NCBI GenBank assembly: GCA_029866025.1
Contig: JARXAD010000006.1
Location: 18,907 to 82,906 of the forward strand
Direction: 5' to 3'
Length of the DNA stretch: 64,000 nucleotides
Source: Vampirovibrionales bacterium
GTDB taxonomy: Bacteria; Cyanobacteriota; Vampirovibrionia; Vampirovibrionales; Vampirovibrionaceae
Below are positions 21,248 through 31,139 of this stretch, one piece after another. How positions within the stretch are numbered: position 1 is the first letter of the stretch; each line of letters begins with the position of its first letter. Both the position numbers and the translations under genes were made by a program. A model generated the notes under the pieces. It saw only the letters and a list, made by a program, of their open reading frames with translations, ran no database searches and was not told the DNA's origin.

Positions 21248-21907
21248 TTATTCGTCGATGTCCTCGTCCAGCACGTCGGCGGCGGTTAGCTTGGCTACCA
21301 ATGCCAACAACATATCGTTGCTAAAGGGCTTGGGCACAATGGCATCGGCGCCCAATTCCCGCACTCGGTTTAGCTCTTCGGAAGTGCCCGCCGAGATAAT
21401 CACCACTTTTAAATCGTTTAAAGTGGGCTGAGCCCGAACAAAACGAAGCACATCTTCTCCTGCCATACCCGGCATGTGCAAATCCAAAGTCATGACGCCG
21501 GGGTGATGGGTGGCCAATAACGTTCCAGCCTCAAAACCATTGTGGGCAATCAGCACATCATACCGAGCGCGTTTAAACACCCGTTGCAAGGCGCTGGAAA
21601 AATACGCATCATCATCCACCACTAAAATTTGGTTGTGGTTGCGCTCGGGGTAAGGAGATTCCGCCGTGGAAATGTCGGCCTCATCCTGCAATTCGTCAGG
21701 CAGTGGCATATTGTGGGCCACCATAAAGGCTTGAAGGTGCTCGCGCAAAATGCGCTTATCGCCGCGCCCAGGCAGTTGATAGGCTTGCAAATCGCCACGC
21801 TCCACCCATCGCACAATGGTGCGCAGGTTAACGTGGCACAATTTGGCGGCGTCACCAGTAGTGTAAATGGCTTTTTTGAGGGGCTCAGAAGACATTGGGG
21901 GCAGCAT
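21248..21907 (-). CDS. Excisionase/MerR-like HTH (HTH_17) fused to a C-terminal receiver domain
   Basis: YTTGDAAKLCHV...RWVERGDL...PGRGDKRI HTH; VVDDD, LDLHMP and KPF receiver motifs. Confidence 0.88.
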   Translation of the reverse strand: MLPPMSSEPLKKAIYTTGDAAKLCHVNLRTIVRWVERGDLQAYQLPGRGDKRILREHLQAFMVAHNMPLPDELQDEADISTAESPYPERNHNQILVVDDDAYFSSALQRVFKRARYDVLIAHNGFEAGTLLATHHPGVMTLDLHMPGMAGEDVLRFVRAQPTLNDLKVVIISAGTSEELNRVRELGADAIVPKPFSNDMLLALVAKLTAADVLDEDIDE

Positions 21908-22102
21908 TCCAAAACAAAGGAAAGATAATCACCAGTATGAAAGTGACAACAGGAAGCCGTATCATCCAAATAGCGGGTTTTTAAAGATATATTACAAAAA
22001 CGAGTCATTATTTTAAGTCTACTATTCATAAATAGTCAATTTAGTCGATACAAAAAGAGTCGGCACGTCGGACAGGGGTGCTAAAAACTACCGGAGCCAT
22101 AA

Positions 22103-23395
22103 TCGGCCAAGAAAATTTTGTTTGTAGACGATGAGCCCAACATTCTCAATGCCCTGAGGCGTGTGATGCGTTCCTCTGGCGGCTTCTCTGGTGATTGGGA
22201 GATAGAAACCACCGATGACCCAGAAGCAGCCCTTCGTATGGTGGAGCGAGAATCGGTTGCTGTTGTGGTCTCAGATCAGCGGATGCCCAGCATGGTAGGG
22301 TCCGATTGACTGGAGGCCATACGCCTTAAATCGCCCCAAACCCGCCGCATGATTTTAACGGGCTACGCCGATATGAATTCTGCCATGGATGCCATTAACA
22401 AAGGCGGTGCCCACCGGTATTTGGCCAAGCCGTGGGATGACGAGATTTTACGCCAAGCCATTTATGAAGGTGTGGAACAGTATCGTTTGGCGCAAGAAAA
22501 CTTTCGTCTCAAAGTCTCGTTAGAAAAGAAAAACGAAGCGCTGGTGCAGTTAAGCCGCACCATGGAGCGGAAAGTAGTGGAACGCACTCAAGATTTAGGG
22601 TCACTGAATGAACGCCTGCAATCGGAGCTGAAAGGCGTTATCCAACTCTTGCTTAAACTGGAAGAATCCCACAGTGTCACGGTATTTGGCCACAGCAACC
22701 GAGTGTTTGAATGGTCGACACGGGTGGGTGAAGCCCTGGGATTGAGTGAGGAAATGCGTTACCAGCTGGGGGTAGCCGCCCAGCTGCATGATATTGGCAA
22801 AATTGGGCTACCCTTGGCATTGCTATCCAAGCCCATGATGGTGATGTCTCCCTATGAAAAAAGCGTGTACCAATCCCACGCTGCTCGTGGGGCCGATTGG
22901 TTGGCGCAAATCCCTCAGTTTAAACTATCGGCGTCGGTTGTTCGCTACCACCACGAGCTAATGGACGGCAGCGGCTTTCCGGAAGGGCGCGTGGGTAAAG
23001 AAATCCCCTTAGGAGCCCGAATTTTGTGCGCCGTGGATGCGTTGGATCAGTGGCTACAAACGCAACCGGTTTTAGATGCCGAAGCGGTGCGTGAAGGTTT
23101 ACGAGTGTTGGAGGCCGATCGCAACCTACTGTATGACGGAGAGATTTTGGATGCCTTGCGCCAAGTAACCAATGTGTATATGCCCCTCAATCCCGTCATT
23201 CAAGAAGTAGCCCCCTCCGCCATTCAGGAAGGCATGATACTGGCCCGAGATTTGGTAACCAGCCAAGGGATGCTGGTACTGAAGCAAGGCAGCGTAATAA
23301 CCCCTTACAATTACGATAAAGTGGTGAGCCTTTTGCGCAAACAAACCCCTTTGGATGGCGTGTACGTGTACCAACCCGTGAATTTGAAGGTGTAA
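22103..23395 (+). pseudogene. REC-HD-GYP (RpfG-like c-di-GMP phosphodiesterase) response regulator, interrupted
   Basis: ORFs 22118-22309 and 22349-23395 share a frame and are joined across a TGA at 22307 (SDQRMPSMVGSD*LEAIRLKSPQTRRMILTGYAD). The expected ATG after GGAG reads ATCG. HDIGK and HHELMDGSGFP motifs are present. Confidence 0.8.
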
Positions 23396-23742
23396 CAATG
23401 GAAATGAAACGACCTATTACTAATTTATTTAGACTTAGGCGCCAATGAATGATGCCTTTCGAACGACCTTCACCAGTGGCCAAGTGATCTCTCGGCTGGT
23501 GCTAATGGCCCTCCATTCGAGGGGCAGGTCACAGACGCATCGTTGCAACATCCTCCAATTTGTTAAGCAACTCTAATAAAAGCAATTGCGAAAAGGGTTA
23601 CAACCTTGGTTGATCATTAATTGTGCCACCCAGTTAGGGTTACTATCCCCCATTAGAGGGAGGGCTGGTGGGGTATTGGCCTTGGGCGTGGATTCATTAT
23701 CCTATGGGTAGGTATTTGTCCCTACGGAAAGAGAGCGCCTTT

Positions 23743-24282
23743 ATGATAGCCACTTCCTGTTTTGCAGCTAACATTATGACCACTCGTCTGATTACGCTCC
23801 ACCCTGACATGACTTGTCAAGATGCCGTTCAGGTGCTGCTCAATAATCACATTTCAGGGTCACCCGTTGTCGATTCGTTCGGAGAACTCGTCGGCGTCAT
23901 TAGTCTGAAGGATTTACTTGGAAATAGTGAATACCAGCTGCCGTCACCTATGTATTACGACGAATTATATTTAGATGATCTCATGACGGAAGAGGCCTTT
24001 GATTTGGTGAATTTAAACACCGGAACGGTGTCTGAGCTAATGACCTTGGACGTTGTAACAGTGGTACAAACAGCCCCCATAGAAACCGTGGCTAAAGTGC
24101 TTTACACCCAAAAGGTGCACCGAGTGATTGTGGTGGCCGAAGGGGGCAAGCCTGTAGGCATTGTTACTACCTTTGATGTACTGAAAGCTTTTACAGGTGA
24201 CAGAGACACTTTAAAAGAACCTTTGCGAAAGGGTTCCTTGCCATCTGTACCCACTAAAATTCCAACAGGGCTGGGTGTATAG
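23743..24282 (+). CDS. CBS-domain pair protein
   Basis: AANIMT, ISGSPVVD...GVISLKD and VHRVIVV...GIVTTFD; start at ATG 23743 preferred. Confidence 0.9.
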   Translation: MIATSCFAANIMTTRLITLHPDMTCQDAVQVLLNNHISGSPVVDSFGELVGVISLKDLLGNSEYQLPSPMYYDELYLDDLMTEEAFDLVNLNTGTVSELMTLDVVTVVQTAPIETVAKVLYTQKVHRVIVVAEGGKPVGIVTTFDVLKAFTGDRDTLKEPLRKGSLPSVPTKIPTGLGV

Positions 24283-24318
24283 TGCTGTTATTCATGTAAT
24301 TGTTTAAAAAGCCCCCCT

Positions 24319-25563
24319 ATGTCTCATTCATCTTCCCCTCTTTTTACGGATGCCCAAACCAAGGAGTCGCTACTCGGGGACGAGCAACTGCGTCATATTC
24401 AGTATGCGCTAGATGAATCGGCGATTGTTGCTGTAACCAACCCACAGGGTGTTATTACCTATGTCAATGATACGTTTTGTGCAATTTCTGGCTATGAGCG
24501 AGATGAACTCATCGGCGCCACTCACAAAGTAATTAATTCGGGGTATCATGGCCCCACTTTTTTTAAAGAACTGTGGGGTGCCATCCGTGAATGCAAGGTG
24601 TGGCGGGGCGAAATTCAGAACCGCGCAAAAAACGGAAAACCTTATTGGGTTTCTACAACCATTGTACCCAAGTGCCAAAAAGAACTCGGCCATGCACTAG
24701 AAACCAATCACCGCCCTCAGGAATACACAGCTATCCGTTTTGACATTACCCCGTTAAAGCGTGTGGAGGTAGAAATTCAGGGACTATATAACGAACTTGA
24801 CGAGCGAGTCCGCCAACGTACCGCTCAGTTGGCCTCGGCTAACGCCGAGTTAGAAACCTTATTAGAACGTCTGCAAGAAACGGAACACCAGCGGGAACGT
24901 TACGTGGCTGCTATTACCCATGATTTGCGAACGCCTCTGATTGGCCAGCAGAGGGCTTTAAGTATTGTGGCCAAACATCAGCACTTGCTGCCTCCCTCGG
25001 TACAGCCTTTTTTACACAGCATGGCTACCAGTACCGATCATACATTGGCGTTGGTACAAAAACTACTCGATGTTCACCACCTCGAATCGGGCCACGTGGT
25101 GCCCGTACTTCAATCGATACGTATTAGAGAATTGATTGATAGTGCTTTTGCCGACGTGCTACCCTTGGCCAGTGAGCGAAATATTGCATTAACGAATGAT
25201 ACTGACCCTGTAGAACTATTGGCAATGTTAGATCCTCGACTGATTCGAAGAGTGTTGGTTAATTTGTTGGGCAATAGCCTGGCTTTGCCCGCATGCGCAA
25301 AAATTACCGTCTCAGCGCGATCTGTAACCAATGGTTTGCAGCTAACAGTATGCGATGACGGCCCAGGTATTGAGGCCGAACGATTACGCAATTTGTTTGA
25401 GAGACACTGGGGTGAAAAAACACGCCAAATTGGGTCGGGCTTGGGTCTTAATATTTGTAAACTCATTGTGGATCGTCACAATGGCACACTAACGGTTACT
25501 AGCAATACCTCGGGCCTTCATCGTGGTACCCGTTTTGTTATGACGCTTCCCAATCAACGTTAG
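24319..25563 (+). CDS. Cytoplasmic PAS-domain histidine kinase (Aer/NifL-like PAS)
   Basis: PAS ITYVNDTFCAISGY...WRGEIQNRAKNGKPYWV; H-box THDLRTPL; DDGPGI and GSGLGL. Confidence 0.92.
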   Translation: MSHSSSPLFTDAQTKESLLGDEQLRHIQYALDESAIVAVTNPQGVITYVNDTFCAISGYERDELIGATHKVINSGYHGPTFFKELWGAIRECKVWRGEIQNRAKNGKPYWVSTTIVPKCQKELGHALETNHRPQEYTAIRFDITPLKRVEVEIQGLYNELDERVRQRTAQLASANAELETLLERLQETEHQRERYVAAITHDLRTPLIGQQRALSIVAKHQHLLPPSVQPFLHSMATSTDHTLALVQKLLDVHHLESGHVVPVLQSIRIRELIDSAFADVLPLASERNIALTNDTDPVELLAMLDPRLIRRVLVNLLGNSLALPACAKITVSARSVTNGLQLTVCDDGPGIEAERLRNLFERHWGEKTRQIGSGLGLNICKLIVDRHNGTLTVTSNTSGLHRGTRFVMTLPNQR

Positions 25564-25585
25564 AAAAATTTCAGGAGGTTTTCGA

Positions 25586-26254
25586 ATGACCCGCATACTG
25601 CCCCTACGCTTATTGATTGTGGAAGACCACGAATTAGTCCGCCAAGGCTTGGCTTACACCCTAAACGAACACGGCTTTGAGAGCATTGACTGTGTAGACG
25701 ATGGGAAAAAAGCGCTGGAGCGTTGTCAACAACAAGAAAATCGTCCAGAACTTATTTTAATGGATATTGGCTTACCGATACTGGATGGTATTAGCGCCAC
25801 ACAGGCTATTAAAAAAACAGCACCGGACGTTAAAATTATTATGCTCACCTCTCACCAAGACCCTATGGAAGTGCGAGCAGCCTTAACGGCTGGGGCCGAT
25901 GGTTATTGCCTCAAAGACATCCCCATTGAACGACTGTGCCGCGTGATGGAAGACCTAATGGAAGGCGGCCTATGGTTAGACCCTGCCGTAGCCCAAGCCT
26001 TGCAACAGTGGATTGTGGCCATTCCCAACCACCCTGGCGTTAGCCCCGAAGCAACCCCTGACCCCGGCTTAACGGAACGCGAGCGCGAAGTACTGGCCGA
26101 AATTGTGAACGGCAAAAGCAATAAAGAAATTGCGGTGTATTTGGGCATGTCACCCCACACGGTAAAAACCCACGTCACCAACGTCATTCAAAAACTGTCA
26201 GTTACGGATCGTACCCAAGCCGCCGTAAAAGCCATTAAGCAGCAGTTGGTCTAA
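25586..26254 (+). CDS. NarL/FixJ-family response regulator (REC-LuxR HTH)
   Basis: IVEDHELVRQG, LMDIGLP and LTEREREVL...GKSNKEIA...TVKTHV. Confidence 0.95.
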   Translation: MTRILPLRLLIVEDHELVRQGLAYTLNEHGFESIDCVDDGKKALERCQQQENRPELILMDIGLPILDGISATQAIKKTAPDVKIIMLTSHQDPMEVRAALTAGADGYCLKDIPIERLCRVMEDLMEGGLWLDPAVAQALQQWIVAIPNHPGVSPEATPDPGLTEREREVLAEIVNGKSNKEIAVYLGMSPHTVKTHVTNVIQKLSVTDRTQAAVKAIKQQLV

Positions 26255-26450
26255 ACCAACTAAACACTGTGGGTTCACAAGCCGCCTTTTAACAATGCTT
26301 CGGACTTTTTAGGGTTTTTTTTCGTACCCCAGGACCTAACCAACAGCGTTTTGGTATTATATCCAGCGAAAGCGTAAAGAAAAACGCCGCTTTCCTTTAG
26401 GAAAAGGATGCCTGATTTACCAGCATGGTAATCAACGAGAGATTGGTGTG

Positions 26451-27812
26451 TTAATGCATCTCGGGTTGAGGTTTTCGCAAGGTGGCTAAATACGTGGCCA
26501 ACGCATCCACTTCATCAACAGTACCTGCCACTGGCGGCATAATGCCCATGTACGGGTTTTTGGCTTTATCGGTACTGTGAATGGTGGTGAGGAAGGCCAC
26601 AATGGCTTTCTCATCCCGTTCGCCTAACATATTGGGCATACTTCGGTACCCACCCTTGGTGTGGCATGCCAAACACTGCCCTTCAAACATAGCTTTACCC
26701 ATGCGCATTTTATTACCAGCCACGTCGCCTTCAATCAACTGAGGCTTCCATTTACTGGTGGCAATGTAACCCGTCTCATTAATAGTTTTGATATCGCTAA
26801 TACGCAAGCCGTTGGAATACAAATGGCCATACACCACGTAGGGTTTTCGCAGCATTTCGCGAGACCATTCGCCTATGCTAGTAACCAACAACCCGCATAC
26901 CATAAAGGCCAAGGCCATTTTGGGCGTAAAAACCCGTGGGTTTAAGTACGGCCCCACGTAAGCAAAAATAATAATGGTGCCAGAAAGAATAAGGCCCAAA
27001 TACGACGCCCGCGCCAAAATGGAAAAGTTACCCACCCCCGACGTTTGCATGCCATTTTGAATAGTGTGCAACACATCGGGCGGAATGTTAAGGCCAAACC
27101 ACCACGCCAGCACAGGGCCTACTGCAAAGGTGGGGATAAACCACTTGGCAGCATATTGCAGCATCCGATCCCGAAAGCTAGCCTCTGCTTCTGTGGTTTG
27201 AGGTAATTTACTGGCCGTGTAAAGAGAATACATCCCAGCCATGCTGGCCATAATCACAATACGAATAAGCAACGAGGGCCAGTAGGTTCGGTTAAAGAAG
27301 CCATCAAACCAGTAGCCCGTTTGGATCCATTTATCCGGCGTGAGCATAAAGGTTAGAATACCGTTGATAATAACCAGCGTGAGAATAGAAGCAACCGCGT
27401 AAGCAATGGCCAACTGCAAGTGAGTTTTCCGAGAGACTCGATCCCAGCAGTAGTAATACACAAACACTACCGCTAGTTCTGCCACAAAAAACAGATACTC
27501 ACACGCCCAGCCAAAGGTATACACTTGGATGAGAGTGTGCAGCCCGTCAGGGCTTACCAACGCAATGACCGTCCAAATACCCACCCCTGTTACGGCACCG
27601 GCCACGGTGGTTACCAGCATAAAAAATTGAGCGTGTTTTTTTAAGTAGTCATACATGGCCTCGTCGTTGTTTTTGTAGGCCAGCCATTCGCTTAAGGCAA
27701 AGTACAACCCGCCTCCCACGGCAAAGTGAGAGATAAAAATGTGGATGCAGGCCATAATGCCAATCAGCCACGAGCCGCCGAGAATCGGGATTTCCCAAAT
27801 GGGGTAGTTCAT
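26451..27812 (-). CDS. Cytochrome bd-superfamily (CydA-like) subunit with a fused C-terminal cytochrome c domain
   Basis: Helix-I His (HIFISHFAVG), WACEYLFFVAE (counterparts of E. coli CydA E99/E107), EWSREMLRKPY (GRQPW-like), CLACH heme c motif and distal GIMPP Met; no obvious Q-loop. Confidence 0.85.
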   Translation of the reverse strand: MNYPIWEIPILGGSWLIGIMACIHIFISHFAVGGGLYFALSEWLAYKNNDEAMYDYLKKHAQFFMLVTTVAGAVTGVGIWTVIALVSPDGLHTLIQVYTFGWACEYLFFVAELAVVFVYYYCWDRVSRKTHLQLAIAYAVASILTLVIINGILTFMLTPDKWIQTGYWFDGFFNRTYWPSLLIRIVIMASMAGMYSLYTASKLPQTTEAEASFRDRMLQYAAKWFIPTFAVGPVLAWWFGLNIPPDVLHTIQNGMQTSGVGNFSILARASYLGLILSGTIIIFAYVGPYLNPRVFTPKMALAFMVCGLLVTSIGEWSREMLRKPYVVYGHLYSNGLRISDIKTINETGYIATSKWKPQLIEGDVAGNKMRMGKAMFEGQCLACHTKGGYRSMPNMLGERDEKAIVAFLTTIHSTDKAKNPYMGIMPPVAGTVDEVDALATYLATLRKPQPEMH

Positions 27813-27868
27813 AACGCCAACGTCCTATTTACCAATGAAGTTTAAAAACTGAGAAATAACCAAAAAAC

Positions 27869-28969
27869 TTACTGAAAACCAAGGAAGGTAAAGAGAATCA
27901 TGCCTGCCAGCACAACACAGCCAAACCAGTGGTACAACTTACTCACACCAGTCCCTGGGGTTTTATCTACAAAAGGAGCCGAGGCAAACACCAAACCAAT
28001 GGCAGAAAAGAAGAGCAGGCCCGCCTGTTCACCTTCCAGCGGCCCCACATAGGCCGGAATCCCTTTGAGGAACTGGAACATTGCCAAGAAGTACCACTCG
28101 GGTTTAATACCCATGGGCGCGGGGGCTGCGGGGTCGGCCTGAGCCCCCAAGCCCCATGGGAACAGCGCCACCAAAGTGGCCACTAGGTTAATCACCAACA
28201 GCCACACCATGGCATCTTTTAACGCAAAGTTGGGGACAAAGGGCTCGGATTTCTTTTGGGCTTCCGGCAAGGCGTTATCGGCCTCTGGGCGGGAGATGCC
28301 GTGGGCTTGTACTAACCACAGGTGAGTTCCCAATAATCCTATCAGCGCCAAGGGCAACCCAATCACGTGGATTAAAAAGAACCGAGACAACGTCGCTTGC
28401 CCCACCACCTCGCCACCACGCAATAACGTGGCCATCATGGCACCAATTACGGGCACCTTGGATGTTATATCGAGGCCAATTTTACTAGCAGCGTAAGCCA
28501 CTTCATCCCACGGCAACAAATAGCCCGTAAAACCAAAACCCATGCACACCACCAGCAGCACCAAGCCCGTTAGCCACGTCATCTCACGAGGGGCACGATA
28601 GGCCTTCATAAAATAGGTGCTAAACATGTGAATAAACAGCGCCAAGATCAGCAAGTTAGCGCTCCAGCTGTGAAAAGATCGCACAAACCAGCCAAAATCC
28701 ACGCGGGTATTGATGTTAAGAATGGATGCATAGGCGGCATCAATGGAGGGCACATAATGTACCATCAACAACAGGCCGGTGACAAACTGAATGCCAATGA
28801 GCATAAGAGCAATGCCGCCCAAGTAGTACCACACACTGTGGGTATGCACCGGCACCGTTTTTTTAGCCACCATCGTCAATACAGGGCCCAGACCTAAACG
28901 ATCAATGAACCACCCTTTCAGGGCACAGTCACAATTAGCTTTAGAAGAACTGGCAGGAGGAACAGCCAT
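27869..28969 (-). CDS. petB: Cytochrome b of a Rieske/b complex (b6 and subunit IV regions in one chain)
   Basis: RSFHSWSAN...FIHM, FGFTGYLLPWD, IHVIGLP...GTHL and KPEWYF in a single 366-aa polypeptide. Confidence 0.93.
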   Translation of the reverse strand: MAVPPASSSKANCDCALKGWFIDRLGLGPVLTMVAKKTVPVHTHSVWYYLGGIALMLIGIQFVTGLLLMVHYVPSIDAAYASILNINTRVDFGWFVRSFHSWSANLLILALFIHMFSTYFMKAYRAPREMTWLTGLVLLVVCMGFGFTGYLLPWDEVAYAASKIGLDITSKVPVIGAMMATLLRGGEVVGQATLSRFFLIHVIGLPLALIGLLGTHLWLVQAHGISRPEADNALPEAQKKSEPFVPNFALKDAMVWLLVINLVATLVALFPWGLGAQADPAAPAPMGIKPEWYFLAMFQFLKGIPAYVGPLEGEQAGLLFFSAIGLVFASAPFVDKTPGTGVSKLYHWFGCVVLAGMILFTFLGFQ

Positions 28970-29029
28970 GGAGCAAAGTCCTTGTACATAAAAAAATAGA
29001 GAGAATCAAAAAACAGGAAGAGCTAGACT

Positions 29030-29608
29030 TTAAGCCTTGGAAACAATAATGGAATCTTTTACAACCTCGGCTTTAAGTAAATCCAAAGGACGTGGTGGAG
29101 GACCTGCAATGTTAGTACCTGTGGCAGCATCATACTGGCCTCCGTGGCACGCACACCAAATATTTTTTTCGCCGGCGTTGTATTGCACCGTGCACCCCAA
29201 GTGGGTACACGTGGCGTTGTAGGCTTTATAGGTGCCATCGGGCAAGCAAATCAACAAAGCCGGAATACTACCAAACTGAAAATTTTTCGCACTGCCGGGC
29301 GGAAAATCCGTGGTTTTCCCCACCGTTACCGAAGACACCTGCGTGGCGCTGGCATCTGCGGTTCCCGATGACAAGTACTTAAAGAAAGGCGATGCGGCTA
29401 ATCCGGCCCACAACAAGCCCAACCCACCCAAGGCTACTTTTAAAAAACCACGGCGTGTGGGCTCTACCAAGGTGCCATCGCCCGGACGAAGATGGCATGC
29501 CATTTGTTGCTGCAATTGTCCACTCAAGGCAGCTTCACGAGGGCAATGCCCGGTGGGCTCTTGTGGCGTGTGATTGTCCTTTTGGTTATCTAAGGTCATC
29601 TCAATCAA
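29030..29608 (-). CDS. petC: Rieske [2Fe-2S] protein
   Basis: Tat motif TRRGFLK, CTHLGC, CACHGGQY and GPPPRPL; start may be ATG 29599. Confidence 0.95.
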   Translation of the reverse strand: MIEMTLDNQKDNHTPQEPTGHCPREAALSGQLQQQMACHLRPGDGTLVEPTRRGFLKVALGGLGLLWAGLAASPFFKYLSSGTADASATQVSSVTVGKTTDFPPGSAKNFQFGSIPALLICLPDGTYKAYNATCTHLGCTVQYNAGEKNIWCACHGGQYDAATGTNIAGPPPRPLDLLKAEVVKDSIIVSKA

Positions 29609-29637
29609 TCCTTGTAATAATCATTTTTCTAGAAGGC

Positions 29638-30807
29638 TTACTTGGCTTCGGGAAAAAAGCCTTTCCAAGCGGTTTTAATCAACCAGGTCAGGAAAATAAC
29701 CAGTCCCACGGCAATGATTAAAAAGGCAATAAGCAAATCCAGTTGCAACTTCACCGGCAACAAGTCTGGCGTAACCAAGGAAGCCAGATTGATGTAGCGA
29801 AGGATGGCACGCATTCCAATCATGCCCAAAATGGTAACCAAACCCAGCGACTGAGTAAGCACCATGGGCAAGCCTTTACCCGTTTGCCACGCCCACATCG
29901 CCATTACCAAACTTAAAACAGTGGTGGCTAAGCTGCCCATCATTAGAGGGGTTGCCACGGCGTGCTGTCCCATAAAGGCCAGCATTTGGGCTTTGGGCAA
30001 GCTCATTAAAAACCAACCGCCAATACCAAACTGCAACAGGGTAATCACGGCATACAGGGCCGCACCCGTTTTAATCAGCCATTGGCCATAGGCCAAATCG
30101 CGCTTTAAAAAGACCAGACCATAAATCCCCATCACCAAGCCATTGACGGCCAAGGAACCAAACCACATATGCAAAAAGCGAGGAATCACTTGCGGGTTGG
30201 CCACATTAAGGAACCAGCCCGTGCGGGTGGCACCTTCTTGCCAATGAGCGGTGTCCGTCATGAGCGTTACCATGTTGACAAAGCCGAAGCCAATAAAGGC
30301 AAACAGCAAGGATGACAGCAACAAATAGCCGACAGGGCCGACTTTAGTACGGTCTTTGACCGAAAATTTATAACCGTACAAGCTATAGTAAGCCACAATC
30401 AATACAGGAATGGCACTAAGCCAAGGCCACGCCTGTTGAACCGTAGATACATAATAGAGAGGACCATAGATAAGTTGCAAAAATAACAAGGGCACCACGC
30501 CTTGGGTAATGGCCACCGATAAATACACAGGCAAGTGAGCTGCCAAGGTGTTGCCAAACCGGGTGCCGTGGGGCGAACGCCCCAACAACCCTGCCGATAC
30601 CAAGCCGCCGGTTAAAATTACGTTCATGGGGATAAGGTGGGTAATAAAGCCTACCAGCAACAGCACTTGCAGCAGCCAAATGGGGGCAGGCATCGGCACT
30701 GGCTGATAATGAGGCACCATCGCGGCGGTAGCATGGGCAGCATCGGGGTGGAGAGGCCCAGAGAACAAGGCGGTGACAACAGACGAGAGCGAAGCAACAT
30801 CGGGCAT
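29638..30807 (-). CDS. Second CydA-like membrane subunit of the bd-like oxidase
   Basis: ~9 TM helices; FITHLIPMN (helix-I His), ITQGVVPLLFLQLIYG and PRFLHMWFG; first gene of the respiratory operon; start uncertain (30807 or 30846). Confidence 0.75.
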   Translation of the reverse strand: MPDVASLSSVVTALFSGPLHPDAAHATAAMVPHYQPVPMPAPIWLLQVLLLVGFITHLIPMNVILTGGLVSAGLLGRSPHGTRFGNTLAAHLPVYLSVAITQGVVPLLFLQLIYGPLYYVSTVQQAWPWLSAIPVLIVAYYSLYGYKFSVKDRTKVGPVGYLLLSSLLFAFIGFGFVNMVTLMTDTAHWQEGATRTGWFLNVANPQVIPRFLHMWFGSLAVNGLVMGIYGLVFLKRDLAYGQWLIKTGAALYAVITLLQFGIGGWFLMSLPKAQMLAFMGQHAVATPLMMGSLATTVLSLVMAMWAWQTGKGLPMVLTQSLGLVTILGMIGMRAILRYINLASLVTPDLLPVKLQLDLLIAFLIIAVGLVIFLTWLIKTAWKGFFPEAK

Positions 30808-31139
30808 GGATGATAGAACCCTACAAATACACACTGAAGAAAACACTTTTTCAAATGCTAATTAAAAAGTTCGTATATGTAACAAGAATACTTTTTACTG
30901 TGACACAGGATTATGCATGAATGGATGCCCCAGCAGCCCTCGCCCAAATGGGTGAGGGGGAATTTGTGTCCAATTGCGTGGATTCGCACCAAAATAATTT
31001 ATAAATAGTAAAATTTCTAACCTATAGAATTGGACCACTAACCCCCTTATCCAACCCAGGTCAGAAGGGCGAGGTGTTTGAAAAAAATTTCAAAGACAAT
31101 GCCATGGTTTCCCTACAATAAATAAGAAGGTTTTCTATC

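Noticed and set aside
22307..22309. TGA as selenocysteine or recoded Trp
   Set aside because: The position is not a Cys site, no SECIS-like hairpin is evident, TGA is a normal stop elsewhere in the window (mtnB, mtnD), and the gene's start codon is also damaged.
30878..30894. NtcA/FNR-type box upstream of the respiratory operon
   Set aside because: GTA-N7-TAC has the wrong spacing for NtcA (N8), and no TTGAT-N4-ATCAA site was found.
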